This document shows, in pieces, positions 1 through 10,972 of a stretch of 64,000 bases of DNA (position 1 is its first letter; each line of letters starts with the position of its first letter). Position numbers and translations under genes: made by a program. This stretch comes from Haliotis rubra (taxonomy: Eukaryota), in NCBI RefSeq assembly GCF_003918875.1, contig NW_025765296.1:1-64000 (forward strand), given 5' to 3'. The notes under the pieces were generated by a model. The model had not been told where the DNA came from. It ran no database searches and worked only from the letters and a program-made list of their open reading frames with translations.

Positions 1-366
1 GAAGGGTTTGCCGACAGTTCTCTGAAGATCGTCGAACGTTGAACCACAACCACTCTTAATGCAGCTGTAGGTCTGACGTTCGATGAAGTAGAATCTGGAG
101 ACCTTATACTCCGTGATGGAAGGGTACGATCTCTCCAGGTACGATAGCCTGGCTTCTTAGATTTCTTGGACGCAGACAGACCATCCTCCTCCTTCCTATA
201 ACTCATAAAATTGTTTTCATCCAGTCCTTGACAAAATTCGCATTTTGACGTGTATGTGCATAAGCCGAAGCAAACAATTCAGGAAGGATGTGGGTCGGAT
301 TTAGAAAACACCTTCTTGCATTGTTGACAAATCTTCCTCTTCCTGGATGAAGAATTTTCATTTCCA
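1..366 (-). mobile_element. DIRS-type gag N-terminal remnant (second element, continues left of window)
   Basis: Minus translation RKRKICQQCKKVFSKSDPHPS*IVCFGLCTYTSKCEFCQG matches the CxxC..DPHxxCxxC..CxxC zinc-finger of DIRS gag; in-frame stop at a Cys position. Confidence 0.6.
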
Positions 367-659
367 ATAGTTGTTAAATGGATTCAATGATGAATTGTAT
401 AATTTCAGTTGAAGCATGAATGAGAATGACTACAACAAAGGGATCATATGACCATCCAGAGAGCATGCTGCATGCATCACAGAGGTTTAGCTGAGGGTTA
501 CCTATATTGTCCAGGAATGGGAGCAGTAGGGGTTATGTCCAGGTCAATGGTGCAAGAGAGGTCTAAAAGTTTGTTTACAGTTCGTTTCCACACAGCTGTC
601 AAACATGAGAGGGAGATAAGTTAAAACTCTACAACCTTCCAACAACGTTGGGTTAGGGA

Positions 660-800
660 AAAAGAATGTCCAATACAGAGTTGTCAGTCGTTTGGGTGGA
701 AAGTACATGTAAACCAATGAGGTGAAGGATCGCCTACGTTCTGGACGACCCAGGATGACGTCAGATCGTGAAGAAAGGGCACTGTTGATGCTCACTCGAC
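660..800 (+). mobile_element. Tc1-like transposase N-terminal fragment
   Basis: Plus translation VVSRLGGKYM*TNEVKDRLRSGRPRMTSDREERALL contains the Tc1 'DRxRSGRPRxTS' linker motif; contains stops. Confidence 0.65.
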
Positions 801-1096
801 AATAACCATTCTCACATGATCTTACAGAAAACATGCACACCACTGATGTTAGCCAGAAACATACAACGTTGTAAAACTACCGTGGGTGCTTCAATTTTGT
901 CCAGGTGTAAAATGGTTTGATGATAAACCAAGACATCCTGCTTGGTGGCTTTTCCATAAGGACGAACCTTTATATTACTCAAAATGACAAAACCAAAAAC
1001 GGTTGTGTTTTATGAGTGAGGTTTTCTGGACAAGGTAAAAGCCGACAAATATTTTGCGTCAGCAAAGATGTATCAATAGCAACTGTTTTGTTGCAT

Positions 1097-4060
1097 AATA
1101 GAAAATTCAGAGTAATTTCCTATTTTTATGTCTACCTACTTCACAAAATGCATTTTCCATCAAGTTTACTAAAAGCCTACTTTATGTTCGACTGACTAAA
1201 ATGTATTAAAACAATTGTCGTAACTGTCATTTTGTGCACTGCACATGCCCAGAAATCATCATTCATTCGAAAGTAACCAATCAGAAGTTGTCCCAGTAAG
1301 CGAAGAGTATGGTAAGTATGAAAAATAAGAAATTACTCTGAATTTTCTATTCTTTTAACTTGCTCTGCTTCACAACAAATGTTAATACCACAGCTTCGAA
1401 ATGGGGACTGATGATGTAATGCACAGTGCAAACTCATACAACCTCTGAATAAAATGAACCATTTCAAATTACAGATACACCACGGCAGATTTACATAGGT
1501 AACCTCAGGCTACCTGCCACGGGACAACGCCAGAACAGGCAACCCTTGACTATCTGGCGCCCGGGCTGTGTGTCCTGCCAGCACAATGCGAGTCACAGAC
1601 TGTGTGAACAAACAGAGAGAGTAGGGATGGTATATGTTCGATTTTAGGCATGCCAATCTCATTCCCTGTAAACCACAGAACACAATGTATATAAACACAA
1701 TTACCCTGTCACAGAGTTTGCTTGCTTAACATACAAAGTGAATGACACACACTGATACTAGAAAGCATCAAATGTGGCAAGACTTCGTGATCCGACAAAT
1801 GTGTTGAGCAAAGACTAGAGGACACCAGTGAGCTGCAAGATCCTGAAGGTAGCGGTTGGTGAAGGTGGTTCCTCGCATGATGTCCACCACAGATGTTAGC
1901 ATGCCAGGTCATGGTCACCACAACAGCTCGAACCTCATGAGGGTTGGACTGAGACAGTGGCAGAAGTCTAGCTTCTTATGAGCCCCAGGATTGGATTTAA
2001 TACATAATCCCCATTTCCTTATCCAATGTCTGGCTTGTCGAGGAATGGTCTCCTATGACAACCCCACAGTGTCTGTGTACGATCTACATAGAGCCGTAAA
2101 GCCTAAAGTTGGCACAGGGAAAGATCCTCTATATATTGAAGACTCCTTACAGACGCAAGGGAAGAAATAAAGAATTCCCTATGGGGCTGGAGTCAAGGTT
2201 TTCGCTGTGAAATCCATGAGAAACACAAATGAACACCTCCATGAGTCTTCCTCTCAAACTTGCTTGGCATCAATGCTGTGAATCTCAGGTGATCGAGCCG
2301 CTGCTGCTAATCCCACCAGCTACACTGACTTCATCATAAGATGAAGATGAGTAGCAATCTTCAAGTGGTTCTAATGATTCACCTGCCAAGAATGTGAGAA
2401 CCACTGATAACTGCCAAGATGTTCACCTAGTCTTCTTGACGGAACTTGTTGAAGATAGCTCAGGTACCACAGAACCCACAGCAGAGAGATAAGCGGTGAT
2501 CATGGTGGCTTTGAACTTTTGTTTGTTTCGGAGGAAAAGGAGGAAGACCTCAACCTGAGCAACCGAAGCCAAGGAGACAACAAACTGCCGAGAGTGAGTA
2601 AAATAAAAAACACTGCTTGTCATAGAGTCTCTAGTCCCACATCTTGTTATTCGTCCGACCACAACCCGGTTGATGTCACTCTGTCCAAATGAGCACCCGA
2701 CCAATGGGAGGACACATCCATGGAAGCATGGTGAGTAGCCTCAAATGGAGTCAGGGAGATGCCGCTTAGGTCATTCGGTGGTTGGAGACACCATTCTAGG
2801 TACTGGTGGAGACTGCGGGGACTAGGGATCCGGACGAAAAGGTCCTTGCGACTGACCCGCAGAATCAGAAATCTCTGAAGTGGTCTGAGTGTCAGGCGTC
2901 CTCGGGATGTCAGATCCTGAGCAGAGGTGAGGTCTAATAGCCCGTAAGGACTTGTGATCATTGAAGGGTGAAAAGTAGGCCTCTTAGGAGTCGCTGACAT
3001 CTCGACCTTTGTGAGAAAGATTCTCAACTATCTTGGTTGTGAGGTCGACCTTGTGCCCCTGATCGTACTTGGCCCTGACATCCGCAACTGACCCACGAAA
3101 AGCTGATCTGAAGATGGGGATGCGCGGAGAAGTTCTGTCTTCAGATGACCAGGAAGCTTCGCATCCTCCAGAAAACCGGATCTACGGGCCAAGAGAATGG
3201 ATGCTGCCAAGTTATGATAACTGGCGCTGACCCACATGCTGGCGCTACTCAGCTAACTGGTAGACTCAGTAGACTGGCGCTGGTGTGATCAGATAACTGT
3301 GATGATCGGTTAACTGGCACCGATCAGAAGACTGGCGCTGATCACGTTGGTCTAACGAGCGTTGCCGATTCATGGAGTAGCGCCGATCCGAAGATTGACA
3401 CTGGTCTGACGACTGGCGCTCAAAGTGACGCGAGGTGCTGACGGGATCCGAAGACTGGTGACGATCCGAAGACTGGCACTGATCTGAGGGCGTGCATCTA
3501 CAGTGCCGTTGTTGGTGCTTGCTATGACTACCTTAAGGTCAGCTGCAAACTCTGTAAGGACCTATTCTCCTTGATGAAAGCCTTGTCCAAGTAGTCGAGA
3601 CACCAGCCATGTGGATCCTTCCTCTCTTTGGGAGATGGCAGCTATCACTCTTGGTGGTGGCAAGCACCGACAAACAGTGCCTCCGACTCTGAAGGCTCAA
3701 ACAACAAGGCCCCATCTTCGACTAAGCAATCAGTAAACAAACTGATCAAACACGCAATGTGACAGAAAACACGAATCTTAACACGAAATAAGTAACAATC
3801 AAAAGGTGAAACACAACCTTAATGAAATGCAAAATAGACCCGATGAAAGAGTAAACACTGAAAAACGTGAACACAACTCTCCGCAAAAAGCTTTGGAGAA
3901 GGAATGATGAGTTTCCTGTCATGCGCAGTGCACAAAATGACAGAGACCACTACATTGTGAAATGGTGATAATACATTTTAGTCAGTGGAACATAAAGTAG
4001 GCTTCTAGTGAACTAGAAGGAAAATGTATTTGTTGTGAAACAGAGTAAGTTAAAAGAATA
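1097..4060 (-). mobile_element. Internally deleted DIRS1-like tyrosine-recombinase retrotransposon with ITRs and ICR
   Basis: ITRs ~1140-1260 and ~3900-4030. ICR 1311-1380 equals the reverse complement of both termini joined at TATT. Coding remnants: gag (KDPHGWCL ~3600; LLARRSGFLEDAKLP..LLRASP..LF 3028-3237), RT end and RNase H start (GRLTLRPLQRFL, LEWCLQP..MDVSSHWSGAHL 2690-2940), YR (VFLLFL..ITAYLSAV, WQLSVVLTFL..EPL, GLAAAARSPEIHSI, PHEVRAV, TFTNRYLQD, 1840-2600). Confidence 0.88.
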
Positions 4061-4098
4061 CACGTCTCCTAAAATTATTTTAAAACTATTTAAAAATG

Positions 4099-4268
4099 TG
4101 AAATACACAATGCCATTTTAGAAAGTGGTCAAATGTAACATATGTAACAGAGTCAGGCACCTAATCGCCAGCCCATTAAAAGTCAGACGCCTAGACCGCT
4201 AAGTCACCGCGGCTTCCACAAAAATGGAAGTCTGACAACTGGTAATCTAGACTGCCGACTTTGTGTGT
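4099..4268 (-). repeat. Truncated copy of repeat unit with internal tRNA-like cassette (full copy at 10649-10972)
   Basis: Near-identical to 10702-10748 plus 10837-10952, with the middle deleted. Confidence 0.75.
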
Positions 4269-4269
4269 C

Positions 4270-5514
4270 CAAAGTGTTTAGCAACGCCCTTTTACCTGAC
4301 AGGTAGTTGTGTTACCTGTCAGTAGCCCACACCTGGGATGGCGTTCCTTATCGGAACTACGGTATACCCTCGTACTTCGGTCCTGATGATAAGGGTTGTG
4401 CGAGATGTACAGTGTCAGTAACCGGGGGACTTTGGACCTTTACCGTAGTTTCTCCAGCAACCACAAGACGATGATCTTCGTTCGACAATTTTATTAACAC
4501 CGCGTTGCTGGTCCAACCCACTCTATTTGTCACATAATTAGAAGACTTCAGCAGCAAACCTGGTGCCTTGAGTTTGTTTCTTTGTACGAAAGTTAGTGAC
4601 AATCAGATGAGTGCTGATGCGCCCTAGACCCCAGGCTTGGGGTTCCGAGGGGCACACCAGATTCTCGGCTTGAGGTCTCGAGGCGCGCACCACTCCCCCC
4701 CTCCTCTGAGCTTTGCTTCACCTTAAAACTGGGTTCCTAAGTCACAGGCATCAGGATTCTTGTTTTTCTGTTGGACAGTAACCTTTTCTCCTCGCTGCAG
4801 ACTAGTCTCCCCCTTTCATGTCTGTACCCCCAATTCCTTATTTGTAAGACTGTGAGGTGAATTCCAGGAATCCCAGAGTTACTCTCCCTAGCTATGACCA
4901 ATTATATCTTCCCTGGTTCCAAGAAATGCTGCTCCTCCCTGCGTTCTGACCATTTCTGTCTTACTATCAGCGAGGTGCCCAGCCCTGATTAATATACCCA
5001 TCTTCTTAACCTATACTCACTTGGCACAGGTCTAGAATCACTTCTCTCGCCTGGCTCACAAACTGCACCACTTAACCTTCACTTCTCCAACCATTTCTCC
5101 CCAGCTACGAAAGAATTTCTACCTTGAAGATGTTATTAATCATGATATAATTTGTCTCCCATTACGTCTTAATTCCCAATATTAATGATCTAGACTTCAT
5201 ATCAATTATGTAAATAAATATCATACTTTTATACCTGTAATTCGACTCCCCTTCTGACCAAGAGTGTGCCCCTCACACTCTAAGTTCTATGTGACGCAGG
5301 GATCCGAGTTTGTGCCAAATGGTTTTGTTAATTTTCATTTTTGTTTGTTTTGACTGTGACAGACACAGCCAGTAGACCGCAACTGATCTTAAATACAATC
5401 GAGTACAACAACATAACGATCGGATCACAATTGGTTCACCGTTGGTTAAAATGGTTTCAACAACTACTAACAAAGCAACATAAACTCCACGAGGAGTGAT
5501 TACAAAATGGTACA
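4270..5514 (-). mobile_element. Degenerate Gypsy-like gag/SCAN region with possible LTR (5321-5514)
   Basis: Scattered minus-strand motifs (VQFVSQAR, LRRW, EQHFL); TGT..CA segment followed by a TGG-starting PBS-like sequence near 5320. Highly decayed. Confidence 0.35.
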
Positions 5515-5949
5515 ACTGTTTATGACTGAGTATAACATAAATTCATTCCACTACTTAGTGTGTATAAACTATCAATCCAGCAGCAATACATATTTGTGAT
5601 TAACAATAACTATGGGGTATATACTATATATGTGTATAACTCCCTTTGACGACATAATAAAAAATATTCCGGAAGTTGATTTGGCCGGACGTCCATAGAT
5701 TGACAGAACACTTTGAGTTCGGCCCTGTTATCTTTCCATTTCGTTTATGGTTTTCCCCAAACATTCCCCCACCTTAACATATGTGATCTAAAGCACTTCA
5801 AAAACAGAGACATGCGACAAAATCTATACCCCTTAACGTGGGTGGTAAGGATAGATCTTGTGATCGAAGTCGTCATCAAGGGGAGCCATGCCATATTGGA
5901 CATTCAATATAATGAGTATCGATACTGCAACAGTAAAAAGTACACAACG

Positions 5950-6300
5950 GAATATATGTGACCATCTGAAAGACGACCACAATTGAAAATAACACACGTA
6001 AAACTTAATGACGTTCAACGGGTAACCCACTTTCAGCACGCAAGAAACGCATTGATAAAGACGGCAAAGTATGTGCCTTTGATTACGTTACAAGTCTTCT
6101 CACTGTCGTAGCTAGCACATGACAAGTCAAAATGGCAATACCTTACGTATTTTTCAAACATAGTGTATGTTTGTATACATATAAGTATAGCCGTCTCTAC
6201 ATACGGTCCACGGCCCAACCAGATCCAATGTTTTCGCAACAGTCTCCACTCCAGCATGGTGGTGTATATAGGTGCGTGTCTTTGTAAAGTTTCCAGTTTA
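5950..6300 (-). mobile_element. Gypsy integrase core remnant
   Basis: Minus translation ETVAKTLDLVGPWTVCRDGYTYMYTNIHYV*K resembles the rve 'VxxDLVGP..G..Y...DY.SK' block. Confidence 0.5.
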
Positions 6301-6474
6301 AATGTGATTATGAAACAAAACCTTATGCTATCACGAGTTGAGTCTCTGTGATTCATAGTGGTTGTTTTTGTTTATTGGTTTGTTGTCTGTTGGCGCTGTT
6401 CTATTTTCCATGTACCGTGAAGGTGTGTCACACTCTCGCTAATCTGGCCTGAACTTGTTTTTGTCTATTTTTGT

Positions 6475-6506
<32 letters not shown>

Positions 6507-6507
6507 G
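6475..6507. repeat. (TTG)n microsatellite
   Basis: Seen directly. Confidence 0.95.
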
Positions 6508-6714
6508 CGGCTCTTACGTCAATAACCAAATCTGCCCATTCACATAATGGTGAGTCTTCGGTCACCCTGCAGTCGCGAACAGTCAGCTTTGGGCAACAAT
6601 GGCTAGTTTCATCAGTGGTGTAGGGGAGGCAGGCATCGGCTCTTGCGGGTCGCTAGCAGCAGGGGCCCCCTGACAGTAGCAATCCGCAATGAATATTAAA
6701 TAAACTACTGACTT

Positions 6715-7524
6715 ACAAATCTCCGCCTCGACAGGCTACATTCACCATCGTGGTGAAGCATTATTTCACTCTCTCAGACAAGAATCCGCCTCAACAGGCT
6801 TATACATATCTCATCGGACAAGAATCCGCTTCAAAGAGGCTAGTGTAAATAAATCTCTTCTGGCAAAAAAATCCGCCTCAACAAGCCAATACATATCTCG
6901 TCCGACAAGAATCCGCCTCAACAGGCTAGTGTAAATATATCTCATCTGACAAGAATCCGCCTCAACAGGCCAATACATATCTTGTCAGACAAGAATCCGG
7001 CTCAACAGGCTAGTGTAAATATATCTCATCTTGACAAGAATCCACCTCAACAGGCTAGGTGTAAATATATCTCATCTGACAAGAATCCGCCTCAACAGGC
7101 CAATACATAGCTCGTCAGACAAGAATCCGGGCTCAACAGGCTAGTGTAAATATATCTCATCTTGACAAGAATCCGCCTCAACAGGCTAGTGTAAATATAT
7201 CTCATCTGACAAGAATCCGCCTCAACAGGCCAATACATAGCTCGTCAGACAAGAATCCGGCTCAACAGGCTAGTGTAAATATATCTCATCTTGACAAGAA
7301 TCCGGCTCAACAGGCTAGTGTAAATATATCTCATCTTGACAAGAATCCGCCTCAACAGGCTAGTGTAAATATATCTCATCTGACAAGAATCCGCCTCAAC
7401 AGGCCAATACATAGCTCGTCAGACAAGAATCCGGCTCAACAGGCTAGTGTAAATATATCTCATCTTGACAAGAATCCGCCTCAACAGGCTAGGTGTAAAT
7501 ATATCTCATCTAACAAGAATCCGT
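6715..7524. repeat. Minisatellite, 40/44/45-bp units (GACAAGAATCCGCCTCAACAGGC core) with higher-order arrangement
   Basis: About 18 units; the constant core is followed by either TAGTGTAAATATATCTCATCT(T) or CAATACATAGCTCGTCA. Confidence 0.95.
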
Positions 7525-7559
7525 CTTTGTGGCTATTTAAACGCTGCGTCGAAGCACGT

Positions 7560-8280
7560 TTGGACATATACGGCCTGTTGCCTTCCTCACTCCAACTGTA
7601 GTATAAGTGTTTTGTGTCCTACTACTAGCGTTTCCGCCGATACTGTTGTATTTTGGTATTACTGAAAACATCGAATCAATGGTTATAGTAGTGTGTCCTT
7701 GGACTGTGTGTGGAACTGTAGGAACTGGCTCAAATCAACACCATTTACTGGTTGGAGAGAAAACGCGATTTGGTGGTCCACCTGTTCGCTCAGTACGTGA
7801 ATTGTGTACATTACCCGTAATTCGTGCTCAGGGGACCCAGTAGCATCACCAATTTCTGCGCTCTATATAACTTCAGCAAGTAAAAGTGTGGTCTAGTAAA
7901 ACAATTTCTTTTTAGACATGCTTTTCTAAGAATGAGATCCCTGACGAAATCATCATTATTTCGGCCAATTATGGCTGTTTGATGTCCCACCGTTTATAAG
8001 AAGTCAGCAAATGACTCCGACTGTTTTGTTTCCTGTCTATTACGTCATTACCTCTTTTCAGCATAACAATGGGGTTTGGGGTATAGCTTTGCAAAAAAAT
8101 TCTTAAAGATTTGCCAGGAATAATTATACCTTGACAAGGTTCCTTCGAACCAATGTAATGCTTGAGAGGATAGATATTGGGGAAATCGTTTATCATCATC
8201 CGAATAACCATGATCATGGCAATAACATTCAAATGTCTTCACCCAGCCTCAGCTGTTAATGGGGGTTTCCCATCTTAATT
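7560..8280 (-). mobile_element. Ty3/Gypsy gag remnant
   Basis: WVKTFECYCHDHGYSDDDKRFPQYLSSQALHWFEGTLSRYNYSWQIFKNFFAKLY fits the retrotransposon gag pattern 'FE..C...W.DD.K...F..YL...A..WF......W...K..F...Y'; frameshifted. Confidence 0.65.
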
Positions 8281-9800
8281 AGCCTTGCTCCAATTAAGGC
8301 TGTAGCGAAATCTGAACCCAGGAGACTCGGTGTACAGCAATGCAATCCTTCAAAGAGGCAAGTCGAGATAAGGGCGCCAGTCTGTTAGAGGGACAATGTG
8401 TTAAAGTTTAATTGTATCTAGTTATTGTTGTTGCAGAAATTGTTGTTGAAACTATTCATTATTACCTTAGAGACGTGTGCAAGTGTACAACATGTGCCGC
8501 GCGGGCTTTGAGAGTGGTACTGCTTTTGTAATTAACTGACAGGCTTTCCATTCACAGACGCTCTGGAGTGTGTGCTGGGGCCATGAGGTGGTGGGCTTGC
8601 AATGTGAGTCGCTGGGGTGTTAAAAATATCAGCTGGGAGTTTGTTGTGGGAGGAAATGAATGGCGACTACTAGAGCTACTGCATTTTCTGGTCGTAGTGG
8701 TAACGGACATAATCGGAGTAGTACTACTAAACTAAGGACTTTAATATGACTAACGCTTCGTCTCTGATTGACTTAAATTTGACAGAAACAATCATTCCTT
8801 TTAATTGAAATGGGACATTCATAGACATGGAGAAAAACAGACTTGCTTCATTTAAGGCCTTAGCAGAATGGAAGGGAAATAATGCTATTCAGCACTTGTG
8901 AGACAGCTAGACTACAATAAAAGTGATAGGGCTTATAGGTGGATTTTGGTGTCATGATTATTTCAAGGATCTCGTTCTTTTTACAATTTGTATTTGATAA
9001 TTTAAGAAATACAGTTTCTAAGATGCCAAATTTAATACTTTCTAAGGATAATTACGATTCATTTAAGGCAGAAAACAAACGACGGTGTCTGTGACCTAAA
9101 TTAAGAATCCTCGCACAGGGCTAACTGGCGCGCTGTTCTATTGATATGTCTGCCCCCCTACGTTAAGACGAACGTTACCAGAAAAACAAATGATAAACAG
9201 TTTGATGACGGTTTACGTTCGGATTAAATATCTTCTCTAAATTATTTTAATTACATCTGTCATTAACGTAAACCATGTGAACGTCGCATTTCTACTACCA
9301 ACGTATGTTTAGATCAGTACATCCAGACGAAGCTGAGTAGTCAAGCGACATTCCACGATTGCATTGTGGGAATGTAAACATTGCGAACGTTACCGTGTCG
9401 CTGAAAACTTGTGAGTCGAATTGAGACATTTTAAACGTCAGAAAACATAAACGTAATGTTTCCACCAGTGATGTTAGGTGAGTGAAGCAACTGCAAACCA
9501 AGAAACGGGATGCAACGCAGTAGTTTACTGTAGGAGGCTGTACGAGGCGATGACAACTGACATGCATCGTGACGTCGCTTACATTGTGACGTAATGTAAA
9601 ATGGTTCGATTACGAGGGGCACACTAGAATGGCGCAGTGACGGGATAACGTCATTCAATTGTTACGTCATAAAAACTATACCTTTATTGTCTGATAATGT
9701 AATTTTTTCCATTGTTCTAACAGCTAAGCATCTTAGAAAATGCGATAATGTATGGCTTATCTATATGTGTCCGATCTGATGAAACCTTAACACTTTACAC

Positions 9801-9988
9801 AGAAGGGTTCGAATATCACTATATAAGTTCTTGCTGGCACTTCCTAGAAAGGGGTTCGAATATCACAATATAAGTTCTTGCTGGCACTTCCTAGAAAGGG
9901 GTTCGAATATCAGAATATAAGTTCTTGCTGGCACTTCCTAGAAAGGGGTCCGAATGTCACAATATATATGTTCTTGCTGGCACTTCCT
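9801..9988. repeat. 47-bp tandem repeat x4
   Basis: Unit AGAAAGGGGTTCGAATATCACAATATAAGTTCTTGCTGGCACTTCCT. Confidence 0.95.
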
Positions 9989-10620
9989 GGTTCGTCACCT
10001 TTACCATAGAGTTCTTTACGTCTATTGTCCCACAGTTTTAGTACAGTCTTGAGCCCGTCTTCAGAGTTTACACAAGTTAGATCATTAGTTGCATGCACCC
10101 ACTATAAGCGTCTTTAATTATTGACACTACCGGTTATGTCAGCACAATGTATTTTTAATCAATGTTATAACATATTCAATCCCTCGGTTGCACTTCTGAT
10201 GAAAAGTGATATGATAGCGCGGCATGATTTTTCACACCACCGCCTAGGGTTGATGCAACATCAAGAATCTTAACATGACTGCTTTTGTCAGCGCTGCACA
10301 ATTTCTTCTACTGCTGGGTATATGCATCCATCCAATTATTGCAACCACTGATTATTCTGGCGCGGCTTGATTTTTCACATAACCGCCTGAGTTGATACAA
10401 ATCCTCAAGTATTAACAAAGCTATTTATGTCGAAGCTACACAGTTTCTTCTACTGTTGCAGTTTACCTTATTGACATCACTACAAATATACAGCAGCAAA
10501 TGTTCACTGCACTGACAAAGTCAGGCCAACCACTCCATATTTTCAGTACCACTTGTACAACTTTGTGTCGTCACAGGTCCCCACAGCTCCTGATTATTTG
10601 AACAGCTATTCATGCCACTG
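9940..10620 (-). mobile_element. Gypsy pol remnant (post-RNase H / integrase)
   Basis: Motifs in shifting frames: KIWSGWP, TVEE, ILEDLYQ, DAYSG, DNRRKELYGKGD, FGPLS. Internal ~155-bp duplication (10217-10320 vs 10360-10460). Confidence 0.5.
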
Positions 10621-10648
10621 TGGCAACAACTCTGTTATGTGGATTATA

Positions 10649-10972
10649 TGTGTACCCCTCTGATAAGTGTTAATTGGCATGGCTCCCCACGACCAAAAGC
10701 TATGAAATACACAATGCCATTTTAGAAAGTGGTCAAATGTAACATATGTTGTATTTAGGATTACACTTTCTTAGTAAAGTACAGATTCTAGTTCTTTTGG
10801 GTTGAGTCCCATTTTGGGATTTGAACCCACACCCTCAGAGAGAGGCACCTAATCGCCAGCACACAAAGTCAGACGCCTAGACCGCTCGGCCACCGCGGCT
10901 TCCACAAAAGGTAAGTCTGACAACTGGTAGTCTAGAGTGCGGACTTTGTGTACCCCCTCTGATAACTGTGAA
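10649..10972 (-). repeat. ~300-bp repeat unit with internal tRNA-like Pol III cassette, bounded by direct repeat TGTGTACCCC(C)TCTGATAA
   Basis: Minus strand GCCGCGGTGGCCGAGCGGTCTAGGCG (A box) ... GGGTTCAAATCCC (B box); partial second copy at 4099-4268. Confidence 0.7.

Noticed and set aside
6715-7524. CRISPR-like array (constant 23-bp core plus variable part)
   Set aside because: The 'spacers' are only two recurring sequences, there are no cas genes, and the context is eukaryotic.
9910-10098. Parvovirus NS1-like endogenous fragment
   Set aside because: No Walker motifs; surrounding motifs fit Gypsy integrase better.
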